This document shows, in pieces, positions 1 to 11,266 of a stretch of 64,000 bases of DNA; the stretch's first letter is position 1; each line of letters opens with the position of its first letter. Source of the DNA: Octopus sinensis. Taxonomy: Eukaryota. The notes beneath the pieces are model-generated. The model saw nothing but the letters and a program-made list of their open reading frames with translations. It did no database searches and was not told the origin of the DNA. The position numbers were made by a program, and so were the translations under genes. Where the stretch lies: positions 3,720,001 to 3,784,000 of the forward strand of contig NC_043019.1 of NCBI RefSeq assembly GCF_006345805.1. Reading direction: 5' to 3'.

Positions 1-1500
1 AGGGACAAACATATACACACACAAACATATACACACACAAACATATACACACACAAACATATACACACACAAACATATACACACACAAACATATACACAC
101 ACAAACATATACACACACAAACATATACACACACAAACATATACACACACAAACATATACACACACACAAACATATACAACACACACAAACATATACACA
201 CACACAAACATTACACACACACAAACATATACACCACACACACACATATACACACACACAAACATATACACACACACACAAACATATACACACACAACAA
301 CATATGCACACACACAACATATGCACACACACACAACATATGCACACACACACATATGCACACACACAAAACATATGCACACACACAAAACATATGCACA
401 CACACACACATATGCACACACACAACATATGCACACACACAAAACATATGCACCACACACACATATGCACACACACAAAACATATGCACACACACAAAAC
501 ATATGCACACACACAAAACATATGCCACACACACAAAACATATGCACACACAACAACATATGCACACACACACAACATATGCACACACACAAACATATGC
601 ACACACACAAAACATATGCACACACACAAAACATATGCACACACACACCAAACATATGCACACACACAAAACATATGCACACACACAAAACATATGCACA
701 CACACAAACATATGCACACACACAAACATATGCACACACACAAACATATGCACACACACAAACATATGCACACACACAAACATATGCACACACACAAACA
801 TATGCACACACACAAACATATGCACACACACAAACATATGCACACACACAAACATATGCACACACACAAACATGCACACCACAAACATGCACACACACAA
901 AACATGCCACACACACAAACATGCACACACACAAACATGCACACAACACAAACATGCACACACACAACAAACATATGCACACACCAAACATGCACACACA
1001 CACCAACATGCACACACACAAACATGCACACACACAAACATGCACACACACAAACATGCACACACAAACATGCACACACACCAAACATGCACACACACAC
1101 AAACATGCACACACCACACAAACATGCACACACACACACAAACATGCACACACACACAAAACATGCACACACACACACACACAACATGCACACACACACA
1201 CAAAACATGCCACACACACACACACAAACATGCACACACAACACAAACATGCACAACACACACAACATGCACACAACACACAAACATGCACACACACACA
1301 AACATGCACACACACACAACATGCACACACACACAAACATGCACACACCACACAAACATGCACACACACACACAAAAATGCACACACACAACAAACATGC
1401 ACACACACCAAACATGCACACACACAAACATGCACACACACAAACATGCACACACACAAACATGCACACACACACGTATATATATATATATATATATATA
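1..1500. repeat. CA-rich minisatellite array (14-18 bp units) ending in (TA)n
   Basis: The unit shifts from acacacacaaacatat to ...aacatatgc to ...aacatgc along the array. Confidence 0.95.
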
Positions 1501-1663
1501 TGACAGGCTTCTTTCAGTTTCCGTCTACCAAATCCACTTACAAGGCATTGGTCGGCCCGGGGCTATAGCAGAAGACACCTGCCCAAGATGCCATGCAGTG
1601 GGACTGAACCTGGAACCATGTGGTTGGTTAGCAAGCTACTTACCACACAGCCACTCCTGCGCC
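1..1663 (-). mobile_element. tRNA-derived SINE family A copy with internal microsatellite expanded to ~1.5 kb (3' half outside window)
   Basis: 1501-1663 is the reverse complement of the SINE head (GGCGCAGGAGTGGCTGTGTGG...GGTTCAGTCCC). Bases 1-10 (agggacaaac) are the reverse complement of the start of the SINE 3' half (GTTTGTCCCT). Confidence 0.8.
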
Positions 1664-1787
1664 TATATGTGTCGTATATATTGTGATGCTTGTGTAGACA
1701 AGTAATTTATAGAATGTTTGAAAGAAAAACTTGTTTGTAATTTTTTCCTTTTTTTTAAAAAATACCTTTTAAATTTCTCTCTCTCAG

Positions 1788-1946
1788 GATACACCCCGTC
1801 AAGTACTCTGCCTGGTTACACTCAAGTTACATCAAGTCTATTCACACCCATTAGTGCCAACCTGGGGCTTACACCACAACAGCAAAACAACTACAATGGG
1901 CCGGCTGCTAGTCTTGGTGGCTCTGCCCCTGGAGCAATTGGTTCTG
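1788..1946 (+). CDS. pum: pumilio internal coding exon (low-complexity region N-terminal to PUM-HD)
   Basis: ctctcAG|GA acceptor and TCTG|GTAAGT donor. 159 bp, phase 1 to 1. Encodes GYTPSSTLPGYTQVTSSLFTPISANLGL...GAIGS and joins the next exon in frame. Confidence 0.85.
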
Positions 1947-2000
1947 GTAAGTAGAAGTGATCTTGGGGATCATTTTGCAGACTCGCTAGTATTTCTTCGT

Positions 2001-2410
2001 GGATCTTTTCCGTTTGACCGGCAGTTTTTTTCTAGCAGTGTCATATGAAGTTGTCACCCATAATTATGACCCTAGTATCGATCTATTGCACTTCAATCTA
2101 TTTTAGGGTTAGGGGTGGGGGGGAAGGGTATTTTTTTCTCTTCAGAAATGTAAATAAACCCAATCTGTTTCTTAAACGAGGGACATATTCATACAGCACA
2201 ATGTTTTTCACCTCAATAGACGTCAGTGATTGGTTGAAATTGCAGTAATTGAAGAAAAAACAACAAATATCTTACAAACTATAGAATTTTCTCAATAAAG
2301 CCAAGAGAGAAAGATGTTTTATAAACACATTCTACCAGTATACGAAGTTTAAAAGTGTTTGGTTACGTGGAAATTATTTTAAAAAACTGCCGGTCAAACC
2401 GAAAGGATCC
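2001..2410. mobile_element. MULE-like MITE (410 bp) in pum intron
   Basis: TIRs GGATCTTTTCCGTTTGACCGGCAG / CTGCCGGTCAAACCGAAAGGATCC. 8-bp TSD ttcttcgt/ttctttgt. Second copy at 35834. Confidence 0.75.
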
Positions 2411-2460
2411 TTCTTTGTTGTACTTCTCTGACCTGTTGCCTTTGTTTTTTTTATCCCCAG

Positions 2461-2652
2461 GGTTAAATAACCAACGTCGTGATTCATTAGATTTTAAAAG
2501 ACAACAGCCAACATCGGTGCTGTTTAACCAGTATTACAATCCCATTGGTGGTATGTCTGGTGCTCCAGCTGGACCAATGGGTCTTGTACAACCAGGTCAG
2601 TCAGTCACACCTCCACCTTCCTTGTCAGGTTCCACATCAAATCTGTCGATAG
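2461..2652 (+). CDS. pum: pumilio coding exon
   Basis: ccccAG|GG acceptor and ATAG|GTTAGT donor. 192 bp, phase 1 to 1. Encodes RRDS...YYNPIG...VTPPPSLSGS, motifs typical of PUM N-terminal conserved regions. Confidence 0.92.
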
Positions 2653-2760
2653 GTTAGTATGGAAAACTTAACTTTATAATCATAATTTTGAGCTTTATTT
2701 TTCTTTATTTATTGGTAAACTTATTGACTAAAAAAAAAATATACACTTTTGCATTTACAG

Positions 2761-2908
2761 GGTTGGGTAATACAGGCAGATTGGTTTCTGCTGCTCCTGG
2801 TGCTGAAACTAGATTTCGTAATGGCCCCCTGCCCCCTGGTGGTGGTGGCGGCGGTGGTAGTGGTGGTCTTCTCACTGGTGGTGCATTATTCAATCGCACA
2901 CACAGGAG
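2761..2908 (+). CDS. pum: pumilio coding exon
   Basis: ttacAG|GG acceptor and AGGAG|GTAATT donor. 148 bp, phase 1 to 2. Encodes GRLVSAAPGAETRFR (cf. vertebrate PUM GRYISAAPGAEAKYR) plus a Gly run. Confidence 0.92.
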
Positions 2909-2920
2909 GTAATTGCGTTT

Positions 2921-3735
2921 TTTTTTCTCTTTATTCCCACTTAATGTTATGTTTCTTTATTACCCACACGGGGCTAAACATAGAGGGGGACAAACAAAAC
3001 AAACGGATTAAGTCAATTATATCGAGTCCCCAGTGCGTAACTGGTACTTTATTTATCGACCCCGAAAGGATGAAAGGTAAAGTCGACTTCGGTGGAATTT
3101 GAACTCAGAACGTAGCGGCAAGCGAAATACCTATTTCTTTACTACCCACAAGGGGTTAAACATAGAGGGGACAAACAAAACAAACAGATTAAGTCAATTA
3201 TATCAACCCCCCCCCCCAGTGCGTAACTGGTACTTTATTTATCGACCCCGAAAGGATGAAAGGTAAAGTCGACCTCGGTGGAATTTGAACTCAGAACGTA
3301 GCGGCAAGCGAAATACCTATTTCTTCACTACCCACAAGGGGTTAAACATAGAGAGGACAAACAAAACAAACAGATTAAGTCAATTATATCACCCCCCCCC
3401 CCCCCCCCCAGTGCGTAACTGGTACTTTATTTATCGACCCCGAAAGGATGAAAGGTAAAGTCGACCTCGGTGGAATTTGAACTCAGAACGTAGCGGCAAG
3501 AGAAATACCTATTTCTTTACTACCCACAAGGGGCTAAACATAGAGGGGACAAACAAAACAAACGGATTAAGTCGATTATATCAACCTCAGTGCATAACTG
3601 ATACTTTATTTATCGACCCTGAAAGGATGAAAGGTAAAGTCGGCCTCGGCAGAATTTGAACTCAGAACGTAACGACAGATAAAATACGGCTATGCATTTC
3701 GCCCGGCGTGTTAACGATTCTGCCAGCTCGCCGAC
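2921..3735 (-). mobile_element. tandem tetramer of tRNA-derived SINE family B
   Basis: Units restart at ~3126, 3312 and 3504 (periods 186 and 192). Only the last carries the full head (ctgccagctcgccg). B-box-like GAGTTCAAATTCC in each unit. Confidence 0.85.
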
Positions 3736-3825
3736 ATTCCCGCTTAATGTTAAATAGCTTTCAAATTCAGCCCTTTAGCATTCACACGAATTTAATACTT
3801 ATTTATTCAAACAGTTTTGAATTAA

Positions 3826-4044
3826 CCCTTTAGTATTTAAACCGGCCATATCTGGCCAACATAGCTAATCTGTTTTATGCTCAAACTGACCAGATCCAGG
3901 CTCTCACACCTACCCTACAATGTTATTCTACATTAAGTAATTACACCATCAAGATCTTGAAGATATGGGATAATGCATGATTAATTCAAATCAATGGGAA
4001 TCAATAAGCATTATGTTTGATAGAATAATCTGAACACTGAAGGG
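3826..4044. mobile_element. piggyBac-like TTAA MITE family 1
   Basis: TTAA on both sides and imperfect CCCTT(T/C)AGT TIRs. Related copies at ~9402-9920, 10265-10450, 10490-10695, 10700-10918, ~13480-13640 and ~15950-16095. Confidence 0.75.
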
Positions 4045-4344
4045 TTAATCATGAATTATCAAGTAGCTTTGAGATTTCAATAATATGGTTTATTATTAGA
4101 ATGATAATGTAGGGTAGGAGTAAGCGGTAGGACCTAGCCCCCCCCCCAATATTTGGGTCAGATATGGCCAGTTTGAATGCTAAAATGCTAATCCATTTTA
4201 TTAGAATTACATTTGCCTCTTGAAGAAAAATATGACATTGTGGGAAGTTTTCATTGTGAATTTAACTTTTTTTTAATGCTTGATTCTGAAATACAAATAA
4301 CAGACCTGATTGATAAGATTTACAATGGATTTGGACAATACGTA

Positions 4345-4735
4345 GGCGTAGGAGTGGCTGTGTGGTAAGTAGCTTGCTTACGAACCACATGGTTCCGGGT
4401 TCAGTCCCACTGCGTGGCACACCTTGGGCAAGTGTCTTCTGCTATAGCCTCAGGCTGACCAAAGCCTTGTGAGTGGATTTGGTAGACAGAAACTGAAAGA
4501 AGCCCGTCGTATATGTGTGTGTGTGTGTTTGTGTGTCTGTTTGTCCCTCTAGCATTGCTTGACAACCGATGCTGGTGTGTTTATGTCCCCGTAACTTAGC
4601 GGTTCGGCAAAAGAGACCGATAGAATAAGTACTGGGCTTACAAAGAATAAGTCCTGGGGTCGATTTGCTCGGCTAAAGGCCGTGCTCCAGCATGGCCACA
4701 GTCAAATGACTGAAACAAGTAAAAGAGTAATAAGA
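4345..4735 (+). mobile_element. SINE family A, full length
   Basis: A/B-box-like head, CCTTGGGCAAGTGTC core, internal (TG)n slot and 3' end gactgaaacaagtaaaagagtaa. Confidence 0.9.
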
Positions 4736-4954
4736 TTTATAAGTCTCAGTTAATACTGTTGATGCATCTGAACAATAAGAACTATGACTAGCTCGATTAA
4801 AGGCGGTGCCCCAGCATGGCCGCAGTCAAATGACTGAAACAAGTAAAAGAGAGTGTATTTATGTCCTTTCCGATTCTGCTAGTTGTTTATTAACTATCAG
4901 TTCTTCCAGTGGCCTGTTGCTTTAAACCTGATTTACCATTTTCGTCTATTTTAG

Positions 4955-5089
4955 TGCCAGTCTATCCAAAGAAGTGTCTGGGAGGAGTCGTTTACTGGAG
5001 GACTTCCGAAATAACAGAATTCCAAATCTCCTCCTCAAAGATCTTGCCAATCATGTTGTAGAATTTTCACAAGATCAACATGGATCCCG
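4955..5089 (+). CDS. pum: pumilio exon: start of PUM-HD (R1' and R1)
   Basis: tttAG|T acceptor and TCCCG|GTAAGT donor. 135 bp, phase 2 to 2. Encodes [38 protein letters not shown]. Not in the ORF track. Confidence 0.96.
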
Positions 5090-5353
5090 GTAAGTAGTTG
5101 GGTTATTCAGTATTTAAAATTTCAATTTACTGTTCTTCTAGTAATTGAAATAAGTTCTATTTTTTCTGTAGAATGTTCTTTAGGAAAGTTGTAAATCTAC
5201 TGGAGTTCTATTCACTCTTGTCCAAATATAGGATAAAGTGTTAACAGTATTGAAACATTTTACATGTTTATAGAATTGTAAGGGGTTTGTGGTTAAAATT
5301 ACCATTTTTGCTGGTGTATAAGATATACTTTTTCATTTTTTAAAATGTATTAA

Positions 5354-5574
5354 CCCTTTTGTTGTCGTATTTCTATTGAAATACTCTGTGTTTCTTTCAA
5401 TTAATTTTAAATATAACAAAGAATTTACCAAAATAACTTAGTTATCATTCGGCTAGTGTTAAGAACATAAATTGTGACAAAGGCTTGGTGGAAGATTTTA
5501 GTTCAAAACCTTTGAAAACAAGACATTTGTACTCAAAGCCAGGGCCGGTTTCAGCCAGGTTGGTAACGAAAGGG
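5354..5574. mobile_element. piggyBac-like TTAA MITE family 2
   Basis: TTAA|CCCTTTTGTT ... AACGAAAGGG|TTAA, 221 bp. Reverse-oriented tandem copies at ~13645-14180. Confidence 0.75.
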
Positions 5575-6959
5575 TTAAAAAACAACCTGGCATCTAATGT
5601 GACTGCATTACATATGGGAGACCCAACTACCACAGGCCAAGGAGCTGGACAAGTATAAGTTCACTAGGAACAACAACAATAATAATAATATTCCTTTCTG
5701 CTATAGGCACAAAGCCTGAAATCTTACAGGAGGTGGGTAAAGTCAATTACATCGATCCCAGTATTCAATTGGTACTTAGTTTCAACCCAGAAAAGATGAA
5801 AGGGAAAGTTGTCCCAGGTGGCATTTGAACCCAGAACGTGAAGACATGAAATGCCGCTAAGCATTTCACTCGGTGTGCCAATGATTCTGCCAGCTTGCTG
5901 TGTTAATAATAATATTAGAATCATGCCATATTATCGCAGTCTGTTGGCACATGCTTACATAAAATTCCTTTGACTACATTGCAGATAAGTGAGGAGGCCA
6001 TATCACTTCCTTTTATCTCCTACCTACACATACATATAAACCAGTTCCGATATGTATCTTACATTGTTTAACGACTGTGTTACCTTTAAGAAGCATTTCT
6101 TTAAATTATATAAATAAAAATTCTCCTAGAAGGATGAAAAGAATGTTAAGCTTCCATCTGCTTGTCGGCTATTTGCCATATGTGGATGATAAAACCACAG
6201 CAGTGGTGCTCCACCCTGGTGGCCGATCACAATTGCACAAAACATTAAAGCCGACAATTCTCTTGACCAAAATAGATACAACTATACAGATGTTCTGAAA
6301 GATAAAATTGAAACCTGATACTTGAGTAACATAGTTTATATATGGTAAATTTATAGCTGTGTACTTTATTGTTCCAATATACTGTCAGAACATTGTTGTT
6401 ATGTGCACAGTTGCATATTTTTTCCTAAGGAGCCACTTGAAAAAAATTTTTTTTTCCAATTGGTGTATGATGAAATATGGACACTTAGTGTTTTGTCACG
6501 AAATAACTTTGTAAAATAGGGTTACATCTTGTATGCTAGCAAATGTGGTAAATCCTAAAGAAAACCATTTATTTTATTGCCCTGTGCGTAAGCGAAAGCA
6601 GGTTATTGTAGTCACTCATCTTTGTTTGTGTGTTTGCAAAATTATTGGGAAATGGCTGAATGGATTTCCCCCAAATTTTGCAGAAATACTCATTAGGTGA
6701 GTGACTCAAACTCATTAAATTTTGGTTTGATTATCTTCAAAACTGGCAGATGGGTGAATCCGAATGTTTTTTTTTCTTTGTTACATATACATAAACGATA
6801 TGCAGGGAAAATAACTCTTGATGTCATTTTGTTGAAATATGAATTCGTCTGGGAATATATTTATTAGATTAAATTTTATTTTATCCTTGTGTGAGTGCAG
6901 GGTATGCATCACCCCTCCAATGCCTTTTTTCTCTATTTTAATTTTTTTTTTTTTTCCAG

Positions 6960-7218
6960 ATTTATCCAACAAAAGCTGGAGAGAGCAACTCCACAAGAGA
7001 AAGCCATGGTCTTTAATGAGATCCTTTCTGCTGCTTATAGTTTAATGACAGATGTGTTTGGGAATTACGTTATTCAGAAGTTCTTTGAATTTGGTGTTAT
7101 TGAGCAGAAGCAAACATTGGCTCAACGTGTGCGTGGCCATGTTCTTTCTTTAGCACTGCAGATGTATGGCTGTCGGGTCATTCAAAAGGCTTTGGAGTCT
7201 ATTCCATCTGACATGCAG
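6960..7218 (+). CDS. pum: pumilio exon: PUF repeats R1-R3
   Basis: ttccAG|A acceptor and ATGCAG|GTTAGT donor. 259 bp, phase 2 to 0. Encodes [10 protein letters not shown]...[15 protein letters not shown]...[21 protein letters not shown]. Confidence 0.97.
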
Positions 7219-8632
7219 GTTAGTTCTTCACCTTTCTACTATTTCGTTGCTAGAATAAAAGCACAGCTTTGCCTCTGGTGTGAGCACCTTGGTCAAGTGT
7301 CTTCTGCTATTGGCCTTGGCCGATCAAACCTTAGTGGATTTGGTAGACGGAAACTGAAACAAGCCCCTCCCCTGCCACCAATGTTGGCATTCATGGCATA
7401 GTTTTTTTGCAACCAGCAGTTTTATTTCATGGAGATCAGTTGAATTCAAAGGAATATCCCTCTGGAAGGCCTTTCTCTTAAGTTACTTTTTTGAGATGTA
7501 ATCTGCCCCCAATTGCATTGCTAACATTTGCTTAGAATTGCAGGTAGCTATATTGGTCTTTGAGTCCTTTCTGATTAGCCAGGCAATAAAAACACATTCA
7601 TAATACTCAAATTTACTAGATAACCAAACCACTATCACCACCACCACCACCACTTGTTTCATCAATTGTTTGATTCATCTGCTGCACACCCACTTCTGTA
7701 ACTTGTAATTAAGGCTCATGAGTGGTGTCTACATACAGCTGAGTACAAGTGGATAGAAAATGAATTTACCTCTTATCTCTGTATGCAGTCACAAATTTCC
7801 TTTCTACTATTGGATTATTTCACTTTTTTAAAATTTTGCTTTTGTATCCAATAACATCCCCTTTCTGCTTACAATTGTTGAAGCACATATATGTTGCCAC
7901 AGTTTCTAAATCCACCATAAATTTAACTGAACTGAAAAATTGGTCAAAAAATAATATATTGTCTTATGGTATGGGTGCTAGAATTTCTAGACTACATCAT
8001 ACCCTAAGCCATGCTGACTTGTATAATTGTCTTTTTTTGTTTTATCCTGTATAAAATTTAAATCCACAACAGTACCCATTTCACAAATCCTTTAAACTTT
8101 GATTCCCTATTTTCTGGGTTTGCCTGGTATATGCTGTTTGAAATGTACTTGGCCCTTATGCTCTGTCACACTAGAGTTGGGTTATCTGCTTTGTAATTTT
8201 TTTTATATACATTTAACACTGAAGTGGCAGAGGTTTATTGTAAGTAAGGGATCATATTTTAAGTCTACTGCTAGTCTCATGTAGAAGTATTGATATAATT
8301 TTAAAAACCTTGTTCATGTCAAGATATTTAGTAGTTTTGTAGTCCCGGGCAGCTTCCTTAATGTCCATAATATCTTGCATGTACAGTTAGATGTACAACA
8401 ACAACTCTTGGATGAATTAGAGCTCCGTATAGATTATCTTAATCCATTCTGCTTCCAGTATAGAGGTTAGTTGACAACTGTACCTAGCAGTGTTACTAGT
8501 GATGATATACAGAGCATACAAAGTACGTTTCATTTCAATTATTTGGAACTCAGATGTTTAAATTCAATAGATCATGAGAATATTTTATGTTCTGTTCCAG
8601 TGATCAAATATCTCTAATGTCCATAATCTCTT

Positions 8633-9052
8633 CTCTCTATATATAAACGGCAGTTTGTCTGTGTGGCTGTCAGGTTGTACCCTCACCCTGACCACGGCTT
8701 TCAACCGATTCTGATGAAACTTGACACACACATAGCCCAATGTCATAATTCAATACTAACGCAGCGAAAATTTTGAAAAGTTCCCCCCAGTTCTGAAAAA
8801 AATCGATAAATTCGACATGGGGTCGAGAATCTAAGCTTTTTATATGCAACACATTTTCTGTTGTAGTTTTCGCAACTTGCAATTGGGAGACAGCTAGGAA
8901 CATCGTATACATAGAAGTATTCGAGTGAAGAGAAGACATTGCAACCTATACATGCGCCTTCGTTCCCTAGAGGCAAAGAACTAGATTGGGATTAGTTGTT
9001 GCCTACTAGGGGCTCTTACATACCCGGGCAACGCTGGGCTATGCTGCTAGTA
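8633..9052 (-). mobile_element. Helentron/HINE-like non-autonomous element
   Basis: 5' ACTAGCAGC...CCCAGCGTTGCCCGGG hairpin end and 3' CCGTTTATATATAGAG end. Shares its body with 41688-42064. Confidence 0.55.
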
Positions 9053-9147
9053 TTTTATAAGCAGAAAATGTTATTGTCTTTTCGCCTTCAGGTAGTTGTT
9101 GTGATGGTTGTTAATGTGGTTATTGATGTTTTCTGATTTTTATACAG

Positions 9148-9285
9148 GTTGAAATTGTAAAAGAATTAGATGGACATGTACTAAAGTGTGTCAAAGACCA
9201 GAATGGAAACCATGTTGTACAGAAATGTATCGAGTGTGTTGAACCAAATCATCTTCAGTTCATTATTGATGCTTTTAAAGGACAT
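9148..9285 (+). CDS. pum: pumilio exon: PUF repeat R4
   Basis: tacAG|GTT acceptor and CAT|GTAAGT donor. 138 bp, phase 0 to 0. Encodes [46 protein letters not shown]. Not in the ORF track. Confidence 0.97.
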
Positions 9286-10039
9286 GTAAGTTTTCTTTTC
9301 TGTATCTAAACCCTTTCATTACGATATTTCTGTTGAAATGCCTTGCCTTTGTTTCAATCAGTTCTGAAAATAATGAAGTTTTCAGTGAAATAACTTTACC
9401 ATTAACCCTTTAGCACTTAATCTAGCCCAAATATTCTACATGTTTTATGTTCAAACTGGCCAGATCTGCCCTTTTACTCATACCCTACAATGTCATTCTA
9501 AATATAAACAATCATCCCCTCATCGAAATCTTAGAGCTATAAGACTGACTGTGGGATTGCACCTAGAAAGTTACCCTCCCAGGCATAAGTCTGGGCAAAG
9601 GTTGTTTATGGAAGACCAGCTGTCACCCATGCATACCGGCCTCCCATCTCCACGCCACCAGTGTTATCCAAGGGAAGGCAAAGGGGCCAATACAGCTTGG
9701 CACCAGTGACGTCGCAACCCATTTCTACAGCTGAGTCAACTGGAGCAACGTGAAATAAAGTGTCTTGCTCAAGAACACAACACGCAGCCCGGTCTGGGAT
9801 TCGAACTCACAACCTTAAGATCGTAAGCTCGATGCTCTAACCACTGAGTCACATGCCTTCACAGAGCTATAAGATATAATAAGCATTACATTTGACAGAG
9901 AAATCTAAATGCTAAAGGGTTCTTTGGAGCATCGATCGATATGAAATTCTGATGGTAGTTTTTTTTAGATTACTTTCAAAGGTAAGTTTTTATCAGTGGC
10001 CAAGGGGCAATCTCTGGTAGTTTGGTATCAAACCAATTA

Positions 10040-10265
10040 AAACCCTTGGCACGTAAAAAGCACCATCTGAGCGTGGCCGTTCGCCAACCTCGTCTGGCAC
10101 CCACTACACTCACGGAGTGGTTGGCGTTAGGAAGGGCATCCAGCTGTAGAAACACTGCCGGATCAAGATTGGAGCCTGGTGTAGCCTCCTGGCTTCCCAG
10201 ACCCCAGTTGAACCGTCCAACCCATGCTAGCATGGAAAGCGGACGTTAAACGATGATGATGATGA
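10040..10265 (+). mobile_element. retroposon family C with (GAT)n tail (probably RTE-related, non-autonomous)
   Basis: GGCGTTAGGAAGGGCATCCAGCTGTAGAAA ... GGACGTTAAACGATGATGATGAT. Copies at 15530-15932, 28136-28300 and 29645-30077. Confidence 0.7.
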
Positions 10266-10489
10266 TTCAGATTACTTTGTCAAATGTAATGCTTATTTAT
10301 TCACATTGTTTTGAATCTGTCAGGTACTATTTGATGATTGTTTATTTTTAGAACGACATTGTAGGGTAGGTGTAAGAGGCCAGGTCTGGCTGATTTGAAG
10401 CTAAAACAGGAATATTTTGTCTAGACATGGCCACTTTGAATGCTAAAGGTTTAAATATAATAGCTGGATTTATAAAAAATATATCTTAA

Positions 10490-10918
10490 CCCTTTAGTGT
10501 TCAGATTATTCTGTCAAGTGTAATGCTTATGCAATCAAATTGTTTTGAATTAATCATGCAAAGACATCATAGCACTGAAATTTTGAGGATGGCATTGCTT
10601 ATTCTTAGAATGACATTGTAGGATAAGTGTGCAAAGCCAGATCAGGCCAGTTTGAACATACAACCAGTAGAATATTTGGGCCGGATATGGCCGGTTTAAC
10701 CCTTTAGTGTTCACATTATTCTGCCAAAATTAATGCTTTTTCATCCAAATTGTTTTGAACTAATCATGAATTATCTTGTAGCTATGAGATTTTGATGAGG
10801 TAGCTGTTAAATTTTAAAACGATATTGTAGGGCTGGTGTGAGAGACCTGGCCATGCTGAACATAAAACAGGCAGAAGAATACTTTTGGCCGGATATGGCC
10901 GGTCTAAATGCTAAAGGG
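10490..10918. mobile_element. two tandem TTAA MITE family 1 copies
   Basis: TTAA|CCCTTTAGTGTTCA starts at 10490 and 10700. The second ends with CTAAAGGG|TTAA at 10918. Confidence 0.75.
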
Positions 10919-11018
10919 TTAATAGAATCTCCAGTATGTTGTTAGTTATTATTTCAGTATTACATTTCCTCAGAGCCAGGAATTAATTCTATGCCTTGCC
11001 TTACGTCTCTTTTTATAG

Positions 11019-11266
11019 GTGTTCAGTTTGTCTACACACCCGTATGGTTGCAGAGTGATCCAACGCATTCTTGAACACTGTACTGCAGAACAAACAACTC
11101 CCATTCTCGAGGAACTCCATGAACATACTGAAAGACTTGTTCAAGACCAGTATGGTAATTATGTTGTGCAGCATGTTTTGGAACATGGACGAGCTGAAGA
11201 CAAAAGTAAGATAGTCGGAGTAATCAGAGGAAAAGTACTTGATCTCAGCCAGCACAAATTTGCCAG
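11019..11266 (+). CDS. pum: pumilio exon: PUF repeats R5-R7
   Basis: tatAG|GTG acceptor and GCCAG|GTAAAT donor. 248 bp, phase 0 to 2. Encodes [19 protein letters not shown]...[14 protein letters not shown]...SQHKFA. Confidence 0.97.

Noticed and set aside
211-1705. Long ORFs of 399-449 aa (HTH/CVCM repeats)
   Set aside because: They are translations of a stop-free CA/TG minisatellite, open in several frames on both strands.
4345-4420. tRNA-like sequences at SINE heads (also 42929, 43935, 56335)
   Set aside because: They have A/B boxes but no complete cloverleaf I could fold, and they continue into SINE bodies.
8710-8720. CTGATGA as a hammerhead core or snoRNA box (also 41771)
   Set aside because: No stem II/GAAA arrangement or partner box was found. 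It lies within a HINE-like body.
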